A stretch of 64,000 nt of DNA from the human T2T-CHM13v2.0 reference genome, Homo sapiens: the NCBI RefSeq assembly GCF_009914755.1, contig NC_060928.1; one strand, written 5' to 3'. Positions within the stretch are counted from its first letter, which is position 1. Each line of letters opens with the position of its first letter. The notes below the pieces were generated by a model. The model ran no database searches. It saw nothing but the letters and a program-made list of their open reading frames with translations, and was not told the origin of the DNA. Positions 52,070-64,000 of the stretch are shown here, one piece after another. The position numbers and the translations under genes are program-made.

Positions 52070-55000
52070 CATTCTCAGAAACTTGTTTGTGATGTGTGTA
52101 TTCAACTAACAGAGTTGAACTTTTGTTTTTACAGAGCCGTTTTAAAACACTCTTTTTGTGGAATCAGAAAGTGGATATTCGGATGGCTCTGAGGATTTCG
52201 TTGGAAGCGGGATTACATATAAAATCTAGAGAGAAGCATTCTCAGGAACTTCTTTGTGATGTTTGCATTGAAGTCACAGAATTGAACATTCACTTTGATA
52301 GAGCAGGTTTGAAACACTCATTCTGTAGTATCTGGAAGTGGACATTTCAAGCGCTTTCAGGCCTATGGTGAGAAAGGAAATATCTTCGAATAAAAACTAG
52401 ACAGAAGCATCCTCAGAAACTTATTTGTGATGTGTGTCCTCAACTAACAGAGTTGAAACTTTGTTTTGATACAGCATTTTGGAAACACTCTTTTTGTAGA
52501 ATCTGCAGGTGGATATTTGGATAGCTTAGAGGGATTCGTTGGAAAGGGGATATCTTCATATAAAATCTAGACAGAAGCATTCTCAGAAACTTATTTGTGA
52601 TGTGTGTCCTCAACTAACAGAGATGAACCTTGGTTTTGATACAGCATTTTGGAAACGCTCCTTTTGTAGAATCTGCAGGTGGATATGTGGATAGCTCTGA
52701 AGATTTCGTTGGAAACGGGAATTTCTTCATATAAAATCAAACAGAAGCATTCTCAGAAACTTCTCAGTGATGTTTGCATTCAGCTCATGGAGTTGAACAC
52801 TTCCTTTCATAGAGCCGGTTTGAAACACTCTTTCTGCACTACCTGGAAGAGGACATTTCGAGCGCTTTGAGTCCTATGGTGAAAAAGGAAATATCTTCTC
52901 ATAAAAACCAGAAAGAAGCATTCTCAGAAACTTCTTTGTGTTGTGTGTACTCATGTAACAGTGTTGAACCATCCTTTTGACAGAGCAGTTTTGAAACACT
53001 CTTTTTGTAGAATCTGCAAGTGGATATTTGGATAGCTTTGAGGATTTCGTTGGAAACGGGATGACATATAATATCTAGAGAGAAGCATTCTCAGGAACTT
53101 CTTTGTGATGTTTGCATTCAAGTCACAGAATTGAACATTCCCTTTCATAGAGCAGGTTTGAAACACTCTTTCTCTAGTATCTGGAAGTGGGCATTTCAAG
53201 CGCTTTCAGGCCTATGGAGAGAAAGGAAATACCTTCAAATAAAAACTAGACAGAAGCATTCTCAGAAACTTATTTGTGATGTGTGTCCTCAACTAACAGA
53301 GTTGAACCTTTGTTTTGATACAGCATTTTGGAAACACTCCTTTTGTAGAATCTGCAGGTGGATATTTGGATAACTTTGAAGATTTCGTTGGAAACCGGAA
53401 TATCTTCATATAAAATCAAGACAGAAGCATTCTCGGAAACATCTCTGTGATGTTTGCATTCAACTCAGTAGAGTTGAACACTTCCTTTCATAGAGCAGGT
53501 TTGAAACACTCTTTCTGCACTACCTGGAAGCGGACATTTCGAGCGCTTTGAGGCCTATGGTGAAAAAGGAAATATCTTCTCATAAAAACCAGAAAGAAGC
53601 ATTCTCAGAAACTTCTTTGTGTTGTGTGTACTCAAGTAACAGTGTTGAACCTTCCTTTTGACACAGCAGTTTTGAAACACTCTTTTGGTAGAATCTGCAA
53701 GTGGATATTTGGATAGCTTTGAGGATTTCGTTGGAAACGGGTTATCTTCATATAAAATCCAGACAGGAGCATTCTCAGAAACTTCTTTGTGCTGCATGTC
53801 CTCAATTCACAGAGCTGAACCTTTGTTTGGATACAGCATTTTGGAAACATTCCTTTAGTAGAATCTGCAAGTTGATATTTAGATAGCTTTGAAGATTTCG
53901 TTGGAAACGGGAATATCTTCATAGAAAATCTAGACGGAAGCATTCTCAGAAACTGCTTTGTGATGTTTGCATTCAAGTCACAGAGTTGAATATTCCCTTT
54001 TATAGAGTAGGTTTGAAACACTCTTTCGGCACTACCTGGAAGTGGATATTTCGAGCTCTTTGAGGCCTATGGTTAAAAGGAAATATCTTCCCATAAAAAC
54101 TAGACAGAAGCCGTCTCAGAAACTTGTTTGTGATGTGTGTATTCAACTACCAGAGTTGAACATTTCTGTTACAGAGCAATTTTAAAACACTCTTTTTGTG
54201 GAATCTGAAAGTGGATAATTGGATAGCTTTGTGGATTTCGTTGGAAACGGGATGACGTATAAAATCTAGAGAGAAGCATTCTCAGGAACTTCTTTCTGAT
54301 GTTTGCATTCAAGTCACAGAATTGAACATTCCTTTTCATAGTGCAGGTTTGAAACACTCTTTCTGTAGTATCTGGAAGTGGACATTTCAAGCGCTTTCAG
54401 GCCTACGGGGAGAAAGGAAATATCTTCAAATAAAAACTAGACAGAAGGATTCTCAGAAACTTATTTGTGATGTGTGTCCTAAACGAACACAGTTGAACCT
54501 TTGTTTTGATACAGCATTTTGGAAACACTCCTTTTGTAGGATCTGCAGGTGGATATTTGGATAGATTTTAAGATTTCGTTGGAAACGGGAGTTTCTTCAT
54601 AGAAACTCAAGACAGATGCATTCTCAGAAACATCTCTGTGATGTTTGCATTCCACTCATAGAGTTGAAAACTTCCTTTCATAGAGCAGGTTTGAAACACT
54701 CTTTTTGTAATATTTGGAAGTGGACATTTGCAGCGCTTTGAGGCCTATGGTGAAAAAGGAAATATCTTCTCATAAAAACCAGAAACAAGCATTCTCAGAA
54801 ACTTCTTTTTGATGTGTGTACTCAAGTAACAGAGTTGAACCTTCCTTTTGACACAGCAGTTTTGAAACAATCTTTTTGTAGAATCTGCAAGTGGATATTT
54901 GGATAGCTTTGAGGATTTCGTTGGAAACGAGATATCTTCATATAAAATCTAGACAGAAGCATTCTCAGAAACTTCTTTGTGCTGTATGTCCTCAATTAAC

Positions 55001-55301
55001 AGAGTTGAACCATTGCTTGGATACAGCATTTTGGAAACATTCCTTGAGTAGAATCTGCAAGTTGATATTTAGATAGATTTGAAGATTTCGTTGGAAAAGG
55101 GAATATCTCCATAGAAAATCTAGAGGGAAGCATTCTCAGAAACTGCTTTGTGATGTTTCCATTCAAGTCACAGAGTTGAATATTCCCTTTTATAGAGCAC
55201 GTTTGAAACACTCTTTCTGCACTATCTGGAAGTGGACATTTCGAGCGCTTTGAGGCCTATGGTGAAAAAGGAAATATCTTCCCATAAAAACTAGACAGAA
55301 G
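52070..55301 (+). repeat. U23: 19-mer HOR (U8 type)
   Basis: 3,232-bp spacing; A52623, A54930. Confidence 0.95.
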
Positions 55302-58300
55302 CATTCTCAGAAACTTGTTTGTGATGTGTGTATTCAACTAACAGAGTTGAACTTTTGTTTTTACAGAGCCGTTTTAAAACACTCTTTTTGTGGAATCAGA
55401 AAGTGGATATTCGGATGGCTCTGAGGATTTCGTTGGAAGCGGGATTACATATAAAATCTAGAGAGAAGCATTCTCAGGAACTTCTTTGTGATGTTTGCAT
55501 TGAAGTCACAGAATTGAACATTCACTTTGATAGAGCAGGTTTGAAACACTCATTCTGTAGTATCTGGAAGTGGACATTTCAAGCGCTTTCAGGCCTATGG
55601 TGAGAAAGGAAATATCTTCGAATAAAAACTAGACAGAAGCATCCTCAGAAACTTATTTGTGATGTGTGTCCTCAACTAACAGAGTTGAAACTTTGTTTTG
55701 ATACAGCATTTTGGAAACACTCTTTTTGTAGAATCTGCAGGTGGATATTTGGATAGCTTAGAGGGATTCGTTGGAAAGGGGATATCTTCATATAAAATCT
55801 AGACAGAAGCATTCTCAGAAACTTATTTGTGATGTGTGTCCTCAACTAACAGAGTTGAACCTTGGTTTTGATACAGCATTTTGGAAACACTCCTTTTGTA
55901 GAATCTGCAGGTGGATATGTGGATAGCTCTGAAGATTTCGTTGGAAACGGGAATTTCTTCATATAAAATCAAACAGAAGCATTCTCAGAAACTTCTCAGT
56001 GATGTTTGCATTCAGCTCATGGAGTTGAACACTTCCTTTCATAGAGCCGGTTTGAAACACTCTTTCTGCACTACCTGGAAGAGGACATTTCGAGCGCTTT
56101 GAGTCCTATGGTGAAAAAGGAAATATCTTCTCATAAAAACCAGAAAGAAGCATTCTCAGAAACTTCTTTGTGTTGTGTGTACTCATGTAACAGTGTTGAA
56201 CCATCCTTTTGACAGAGCAGTTTTGAAACACTCTTTTTGTAGAATCTGCAAGTGGATATTTGGATAGCTTTGAGGATTTCGTTGGAAACGGGATGACATA
56301 TAATATCTAGAGAGAAGCATTCTCAGGAACTTCTTTGTGATGTTTGCATTCAAGTCACAGAATTGAACATTCCCTTTCATAGAGCAGGTTTGAAACACTC
56401 TTTCTCTAGTATCTGGAAGTGGGCATTTCAAGCGCTTTCAGGCCTATGGAGAGAAAGGAAATACCTTCAAATAAAAACTAGACAGAAGCATTCTCAGAAA
56501 CTTATTTGTGATGTGTGTCCTCAACTAACAGAGTTGAACCTTTGTTTTGATACAGCATTTTGGAAACACTCCTTTTGTAGAATCTGCAGGTGGATATTTG
56601 GATAACTTTGAAGATTTCGTTGGAAACCGGAATATCTTCATATAAAATCAAGACAGAAGCATTCTCGGAAACATCTCTGTGATGTTTGCATTCAACTCAG
56701 TAGAGTTGAACACTTCCTTTCATAGAGCAGGTTTGAAACACTCTTTCTGCACTACCTGGAAGCGGACATTTCGAGCGCTTTGAGGCCTATGGTGAAAAAG
56801 GAAATATCTTCTCATAAAAACCAGAAAGAAGCATTCTCAGAAACTTCTTTGTGTAGTGTGTACTCAAGTAACAGTGTTGAACCTTCCTTTTGACACAGCA
56901 GTTTTGAAACACTCTTTTGGTAGAATCTGCAAGTGGATATTTGGATAGCTTTGAGGATTTCGTTGGAAACGGGTTATCTTCATATAAAATCCAGACAGGA
57001 GCATTCTCAGAAACTTCTTTGTGCTGCATGTCCTCAATTCACAGAGCTGAACCTTTGTTTGGATACAGCATTTTGGAAACATTCCTTTAGTAGAATCTGC
57101 AAGTTGATATTTAGATAGCTTTGAAGATTTCGTTGGAAACGGGAATATCTTCATAGAAAATCTAGACGGAAGCATTCTCAGAAACTGCTTTGTGATGTTT
57201 GCATTCAAGTCACAGAGTTGAATATTCCCTTTTATAGAGTAGGTTTGAAACACTCTTTCGGCACTACCTGGAAGTGGATATTTCGAGCTCTTTGAGGCCT
57301 ATGGTTAAAAGGAAATATCTTCCCATAAAAACTAGACAGAAGCCGTCTCAGAAACTTGTTTGTGATGTGTGTATTCAACTACCAGAGTTGAACATTTCTG
57401 TTACAGAGCAATTTTAAAACACTCTTTTTGTGGAATCTGAAAGTGGATAATTGGATAGCTTTGTGGATTTCGTTGGAAACGGGATGACGTATAAAATCTA
57501 GAGAGAAGCATTCTCAGGAACTTCTTTGTGATGTTTGCATTCAAGTCACAGAATTGAACATTCCTTTTCATAGTGCAGGTTTGAAACACTCTTTCTGTAG
57601 TATCTGGAAGTGGACATTTCAAGCGCTTTCAGGCCTACGGGGAGAAAGGAAATATCTTCAAATAAAAACTAGACAGAAGGATTCTCAGAAACTTATTTGT
57701 GATGTGTGTCCTAAACGAACACAGTTGAACCTTTGTTTTGATACAGCATTTTGGAAACACTCCTTTTGTGGGATCTGCAGGTGGATATTTGGATAGATTT
57801 TAAGATTTCGTTGGAAACGGGAGTTTCTTCATAGAAACTCAAGACAGATGCATTCTCAGAAACATCTCTGTGATGTTTGCATTCCACTCATAGAGTTGAA
57901 AACTTCCTTTCATAGAGCAGGTTTGAAACACTCTTTTTGTAATATTTGGAAGTGGACATTTGCAGCGCTTTGAGGCCTATGGTGAAAAAGGAAATATCTT
58001 CTCATAAAAACCAGAAACAAGCATTCTCAGAAACTTCTTTTTGATGTGTGTACTCAAGTAACAGAGTTGAACCTTCCTTTTGACACAGCAGTTTTGAAAC
58101 AATCTTTTTGTAGAATCTGCAAGTGGATATTTGGATAGCTTTGAGGATTTCGTTGGAAACGGGATATCTTCATATAAAATCTAGACAGAAGCATTCTCAG
58201 AAACTTCTTTGTGCTGTATGTCCTCAATTAACAGAGTTGAACCATTGCTTGGATACAGCATTTTGGAAACATTCCTTGAGTAGAATCTGCAAGTTGATAT

Positions 58301-58533
58301 TTAGATAGATTTGAAGATTTCGTTGGAAAAGGGAATATCTCCATATAAAATCTAGAGGGAAGCATTCTCAGAAACTGCTTTGTGATGTTTCCATTCAAGT
58401 CACAGAGTTGAATATTCCCTTTTATAGAGCACGTTTGAAACACTCTTTCTGCACTATCTGGAAGTGGACATTTCGAGCGCTTTGAGGCCTATGGTGAAAA
58501 AGGAAATATCTTCCCATAAAAACTAGACAGAAG
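55302..58533 (+). repeat. U24: 19-mer HOR, haplotype F
   Basis: 3,232-bp spacing; A56856, private G57770. Confidence 0.95.
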
Positions 58534-61500
58534 CATTCTCAGAAACTTGTTTGTGATGTGTGTATTCAACTAACAGAGTTGAACTTTTGTTTTTACAGAG
58601 CCGTTTTAAAACACTCTTTTTGTGGAATCAGAAAGTGGATATTCGGATGGCTCTGAGGATTTCGTTGGAAGCGGGATTACATATAAAATCTAGAGAGAAG
58701 CATTCTCAGGAACTTCTTTGTGATGTTTGCATTGAAGTCACAGAATTGAACATTCACTTTGATAGAGCAGGTTTGAAACACTCATTCTGTAGTATCTGGA
58801 AGTGGACATTTCAAGCGCTTTCAGGCCTATGGTGAGAAAGGAAATATCTTCGAATAAAAACTAGACAGAAGCATCCTCAGAAACTTATTTGTGATGTGTG
58901 TCCTCAACTAACAGAGTTGAAACTTTGTTTTGATACAGCATTTTGGAAACACTCTTTTTGTAGAATCTGCAGGTGGATATTTGGATAGCTTAGAGGGATT
59001 CGTTGGAAAGGGGATATCTTCATATAAAATCTAGACAGAAGCATTCTCAGAAACTTATTTGTGATGTGTGTCCTCAACTAACAGAGTTGAACCTTGGTTT
59101 TGATACAGCATTTTGGAAACGCTCCTTTTGTAGAATCTGCAGGTGGATATGTGGATAGCTCTGAAGATTTCGTTGGAAACGGGAATTTCTTCATATAAAA
59201 TCAAACAGAAGCATTCTCAGAAACTTCTCAGTGATGTTTGCATTCAGCTCATGGAGTTGAACACTTCCTTTCATAGAGCCGGTTTGAAACACTCTTTCTG
59301 CACTACCTGGAAGAGGACATTTCGAGCGCTTTGAGTCCTATGGTGAAAAAGGAAATATCTTCTCATAAAAACCAGAAAGAAGCATTCTCAGAAACTTCTT
59401 TGTGTTGTGTGTACTCATGTAACAGTGTTGAACCATCCTTTTGACAGAGCAGTTTTGAAACACTCTTTTTGTAGAATCTGCAAGTGGATATTTGGATAGC
59501 TTTGAGGATTTCGTTGGAAACGGGATGACATATAATATCTAGAGAGAAGCATTCTCAGGAACTTCTTTGTGATGTTTGCATTCAAGTCACAGAATTGAAC
59601 ATTCCCTTTCATAGAGCAGGTTTGAAACACTCTTTCTCTAGTATCTGGAAGTGGGCATTTCAAGCGCTTTCAGGCCTATGGAGAGAAAGGAAATACCTTC
59701 AAATAAAAACTAGACAGAAGCATTCTCAGAAACTTATTTGTGATGTGTGTCCTCAACTAACAGAGTTGAACCTTTGTTTTGATACAGCATTTTGGAAACA
59801 CTCCTTTTGTAGAATCTGCAGGTGGATATTTGGATAACTTTGAAGATTTCGTTGGAAACCGGAATATCTTCATATAAAATCAAGACAGAAGCATTCTCGG
59901 AAACATCTCTGTGATGTTTGCATTCAACTCAGTAGAGTTGAACACTTCCTTTCATAGAGCAGGTTTGAAACACTCTTTCTGCACTACCTGGAAGCGGACA
60001 TTTCGAGCGCTTTGAGGCCTATGGTGAAAAAGGAAATATCTTCTCATAAAAACCAGAAAGAAGCATTCTCAGAAACTTCTTTGTGTTGTGTGTACTCAAG
60101 TAACAGTGTTGAACCTTCCTTTTGACACAGCAGTTTTGAAACACTCTTTTGGTAGAATCTGCAAGTGGATATTTGGATAGCTTTGAGGATTTCGTTGGAA
60201 ACGGGTTATCTTCATATAAAATCCAGACAGGAGCATTCTCAGAAACTTCTTTGTGCTGCATGTCCTCAATTCACAGAGCTGAACCTTTGTTTGGATACAG
60301 CATTTTGGAAACATTCCTTTAGTAGAATCTGCAAGTTGATATTTAGATAGCTTTGAAGATTTCGTTGGAAACGGGAATATCTTCATAGAAAATCTAGACG
60401 GAAGCATTCTCAGAAACTGCTTTGTGATGTTTGCATTCAAGTCACAGAGTTGAATATTCCCTTTTATAGAGTAGGTTTGAAACACTCTTTCGGCACTACC
60501 TGGAAGTGGATATTTCGAGCTCTTTGAGGCCTATGGTTAAAAGGAAATATCTTCCCATAAAAACTAGACAGAAGCCGTCTCAGAAACTTGTTTGTGATGT
60601 GTGTATTCAACTACCAGAGTTGAACATTTCTGTTACAGAGCAATTTTAAAACACTCTTTTTGTGGAATCTGAAAGTGGATAATTGGATAGCTTTGTGGAT
60701 TTCGTTGGAAACGGGATGACGTATAAAATCTAGAGAGAAGCATTCTCAGGAACTTCTTTCTGATGTTTGCATTCAAGTCACAGAATTGAACATTCCTTTT
60801 CATAGTGCAGGTTTGAAACACTCTTTCTGTAGTATCTGGAAGTGGACATTTCAAGCGCTTTCAGGCCTACGGGGAGAAAGGAAATATCTTCAAATAAAAA
60901 CTAGACAGAAGGATTCTCAGAAACTTATTTGTGATGTGTGTCCTAAACGAACACAGTTGAACCTTTGTTTTGATACAGCATTTTGGAAACACTCCTTTTG
61001 TAGGATCTGCAGGTGGATATTTGGATAGATTTTAAGATTTCGTTGGAAACGGGAGTTTCTTCATAGAAACTCAAGACAGATGCATTCTCAGAAACATCTC
61101 TGTGATGTTTGCATTCCACTCATAGAGTTGAAAACTTCCTTTCATAGAGCAGGTTTGAAACACTCTTTTTGTAATATTTGGAAGTGGACATTTGCAGCGC
61201 TTTGAGGCCTATGGTGAAAAAGGAAATATCTTCTCATAAAAACCAGAAACAAGCATTCTCAGAAACTTCTTTTTGATGTGTGTACTCAAGTAACAGAGTT
61301 GAACCTTCCTTTTGACACAGCAGTTTTGAAACAATCTTTTTGTAGAATCTGCAAGTGGATATTTGGATAGCTTTGAGGATTTCGTTGGAAACGGGATATC
61401 TTCATATAAAATCTAGACAGAAGCATTCTCAGAAACTTCTTTGTGCTGTATGTCCTCAATTAACAGAGTTGAACCATTGCTTGGATACAGCATTTTGGAA

Positions 61501-61765
61501 ACATTCCTTGAGTAGAATCTGCAAGTTGATATTTAGATAGATTTGAAGATTTCGTTGGAAAAGGGAATATCTCCATATAAAATCTAGAGGGAAGCATTCT
61601 CAGAAACTGCTTTGTGATGTTTCCATTCAAGTCACAGAGTTGAATATTCCCTTTTATAGAGCACGTTTGAAACACTGTTTCTGCACTATCTGGAAGTGGA
61701 CATTTCGAGCGCTTTGAGGCCTATGGTGAAAAAGGAAATATCTTCCCATAAAAACTAGACAGAAG
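58534..61765 (+). repeat. U25: 19-mer HOR, haplotype F
   Basis: 3,232-bp spacing. Confidence 0.95.
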
Positions 61766-64000
61766 CATTCTCAGAAACTTGTTTGTGATGTGTGTATTCA
61801 ACTAACAGAGTTGAACTTTTGTTTTTACAGAGCCGTTTTAAAACACTCTTTTTGTGGAATCAGAAAGTGGATATTCGGATGGCTCTGAGGATTTCGTTGG
61901 AAGCGGGATTACATATAAAATCTAGAGAGAAGCATTCTCAGGAACTTCTTTGTGATGTTTGCATTGAAGTCACAGAATTGAACATTCACTTTGATAGAGC
62001 AGGTTTGAAACACTCATTCTGTAGTATCTGGAAGTGGACATTTCAAGCGCTTTCAGGCCTATGGTGAGAAAGGAAATATCTTCGAATAAAAACTAGACAG
62101 AAGCATCCTCAGAAACTTATTTGTGATGTGTGTCCTCAACTAACAGAGTTGAAACTTTGTTTTGATACAGCATTTTGGAAACACTCTTTTTGTAGAATCT
62201 GCAGGTGGATATTTGGATAGCTTAGAGGGATTCGTTGGAAAGGGGATATCTTCATATAAAATCTAGACAGAAGCATTCTCAGAAACTTATTTGTGATGTG
62301 TGTCCTCAACTAACAGAGTTGAACCTTGGTTTTGATACAGCATTTTGGAAACGCTCCTTTTGTAGAATCTGCAGGTGGATATGTGGATAGCTCTGAAGAT
62401 TTCGTTGGAAACGGGAATTTCTTCATATAAAATCAAACAGAAGCATTCTCAGAAACTTCTCAGTGATGTTTGCATTCAGCTCATGGAGTTGAACACTTCC
62501 TTTCATAGAGCCGGTTTGAAACACTCTTTCTGCACTACCTGGAAGAGGACATTTCGAGCGCTTTGAGTCCTATGGTGAAAAAGGAAATATCTTCTCATAA
62601 AAACCAGAAAGAAGCATTCTCAGAAACTTCTTTGTGTTGTGTGTACTCATGTAACAGTGTTGAACCATCCTTTTGACAGAGCAGTTTTGAAACACTCTTT
62701 TTGTAGAATCTGCAAGTGGATATTTGGATAGCTTTGAGGATTTCGTTGGAAACGGGATGACATATAATATCTAGAGAGAAGCATTCTCAGGAACTTCTTT
62801 GTGATGTTTGCATTCAAGTCACAGAATTGAACATTCCCTTTCATAGAGCAGGTTTGAAACACTCTTTCTCTAGTATCTGGAAGTGGGCATTTCAAGCGCT
62901 TTCAGGCCTATGGAGAGAAAGGAAATACCTTCAAATAAAAACTAGACAGAAGCATTCTCAGAAACTTATTTGTGATGTGTGTCCTCAACTAACAGAGTTG
63001 AACCTTTGTTTTGATACAGCATTTTGGAAACACTCCTTTTGTAGAATCTGCAGGTGGATATTTGGATAACTTTGAAGATTTCGTTGGAAACCGGAATATC
63101 TTCATATAAAATCAAGACAGAAGCATTCTCGGAAACATCTCTGTGATGTTTGCATTCAACTCAGTAGAGTTGAACACTTCCTTTCATAGAGCAGGTTTGA
63201 AACACTCTTTCTGCACTACCTGGAAGCGGACATTTCGAGCGCTTTGAGGCCTATGGTGAAAAAGGAAATATCTTCTCATAAAAACCAGAAAGAAGCATTC
63301 TCAGAAACTTCTTTGTGTTGTGTGTACTCAAGTAACAGTGTTGAACCTTCCTTTTGACACAGCAGTTTTGAAACACTCTTTTGGTAGAATCTGCAAGTGG
63401 ATATTTGGATAGCTTTGAGGATTTCGTTGGAAACGGGTTATCTTCATATAAAATCCAGACAGGAGCATTCTCAGAAACTTCTTTGTGCTGCATGTCCTCA
63501 ATTCACAGAGCTGAACCTTTGTTTGGATACAGCATTTTGGAAACATTCCTTTAGTAGAATCTGCAAGTTGATATTTAGATAGCTTTGAAGATTTCGTTGG
63601 AAACGGGAATATCTTCATAGAAAATCTAGACGGAAGCATTCTCAGAAACTGCTTTGTGATGTTTGCATTCAAGTCACAGAGTTGAATATTCCCTTTTATA
63701 GAGTAGGTTTGAAACACTCTTTCGGCACTACCTGGAAGTGGATATTTCGAGCTCTTTGAGGCCTATGGTTAAAAGGAAATATCTTCCCATAAAAACTAGA
63801 CAGAAGCCGTCTCAGAAACTTGTTTGTGATGTGTGTATTCAACTACCAGAGTTGAACATTTCTGTTACAGAGCAATTTTAAAACACTCTTTTTGTGGAAT
63901 CTGAAAGTGGATAATTGGATAGCTTTGTGGATTTCGTTGGAAACGGGATGACGTATAAAATCTAGAGAGAAGCATTCTCAGGAACTTCTTTCTGATGTTT
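61766..64000 (+). repeat. U26: partial 19-mer (m1-m13 and the start of m14), cut by the window end
   Basis: Colinear with the first 2,235 bp of the canonical unit. Confidence 0.93.

Larger units (their letters stand above)
1..64000 (+). repeat. Centromeric alpha-satellite higher-order repeat array (19-mer HOR, probably human chr4 D4Z1 / SF2 live array)
   Basis: Continuous 166-172 bp monomers beginning (c/g)attctcagaaact, with CENP-B boxes (tttcgttggaaacggga) and A-box/pJalpha motifs (ctatggtgaaaaaggaa). The marker ORF MYSTN recurs at 3232/1017/3062/2041-bp spacings. Alpha-satellite identity is certain; the chr4 assignment rests on the recalled 19-mer, ~3.2 kb unit size and is less certain (~0.8). 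Confidence 0.98.

Noticed and set aside
73-63717. Roughly 200 short ORFs (61-129 aa) on both strands, e.g. MYSTNRVELL..., MFQTYSIKGN..., MKCPLPDT...
   Set aside because: They are chance open frames of alpha-satellite monomers, recur with HOR periodicity, overlap on opposite strands, often start at GTG/TTG and show no recognisable domain. They are not genes.
1-64000. CRISPR-like look of a conserved motif (gaagcattctcagaaact) recurring at regular spacing
   Set aside because: The intervening sequences are homologous ~171-bp monomers rather than unique spacers, and there are no cas genes.
1-64000. Possible L1/Alu insertion, inversion or non-satellite island
   Set aside because: Unit lengths account for every base between 47 and 61765, and all monomers read in the same orientation. 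I saw no poly-A tail, target-site duplication or foreign sequence.
1-64000. A previously undescribed protein- or RNA-based biological system
   Set aside because: Nothing in the sequence supports one. Any novelty is limited to repeat architecture and recombination history, and may already be annotated in complete centromere assemblies.

Overview
The whole 64 kb is one uninterrupted, single-orientation array of primate centromeric alpha satellite (about 171-bp monomers starting CATTCTCAGAAACT), organised as a homogeneous higher-order repeat (HOR). The canonical unit is a 3,232-bp 19-mer with monomer types B A B B A B A B A B B A B A B A B B A, usually carrying 8 intact CENP-B boxes. Size and structure fit the human chromosome 4 live HOR (D4Z1, suprachromosomal family 2); this is recalled, not searched. 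The unit order from position 47 is 19,6,19,6,19,6,19,19,6,19,18,12,19,6,19,6,19,19,6,19,6,19,19,19,19 and a partial 19 (units U1-U26, monomers m1-m19). That is 15 full 19-mers, eight 1,017-bp 6-mers, one 3,062-bp 18-mer and one 2,041-bp 12-mer. I see no genes, RNA genes, transposon insertions or inversions; the ORF track consists of repeat artefacts, useful only as positional and SNP markers. I found no new protein-coding system. The points of interest are structural: a hidden 7-mer ancestry in the 19-mer, a 19+6 (25-mer) super-unit tied to one SNP haplotype, an 11,730-bp block present three times, a divergent island between duplicated blocks, mappable recombination breakpoints, probable short gene-conversion tracts and copy-specific CENP-B box losses. 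All SNP calls were read by eye and need alignment to confirm.
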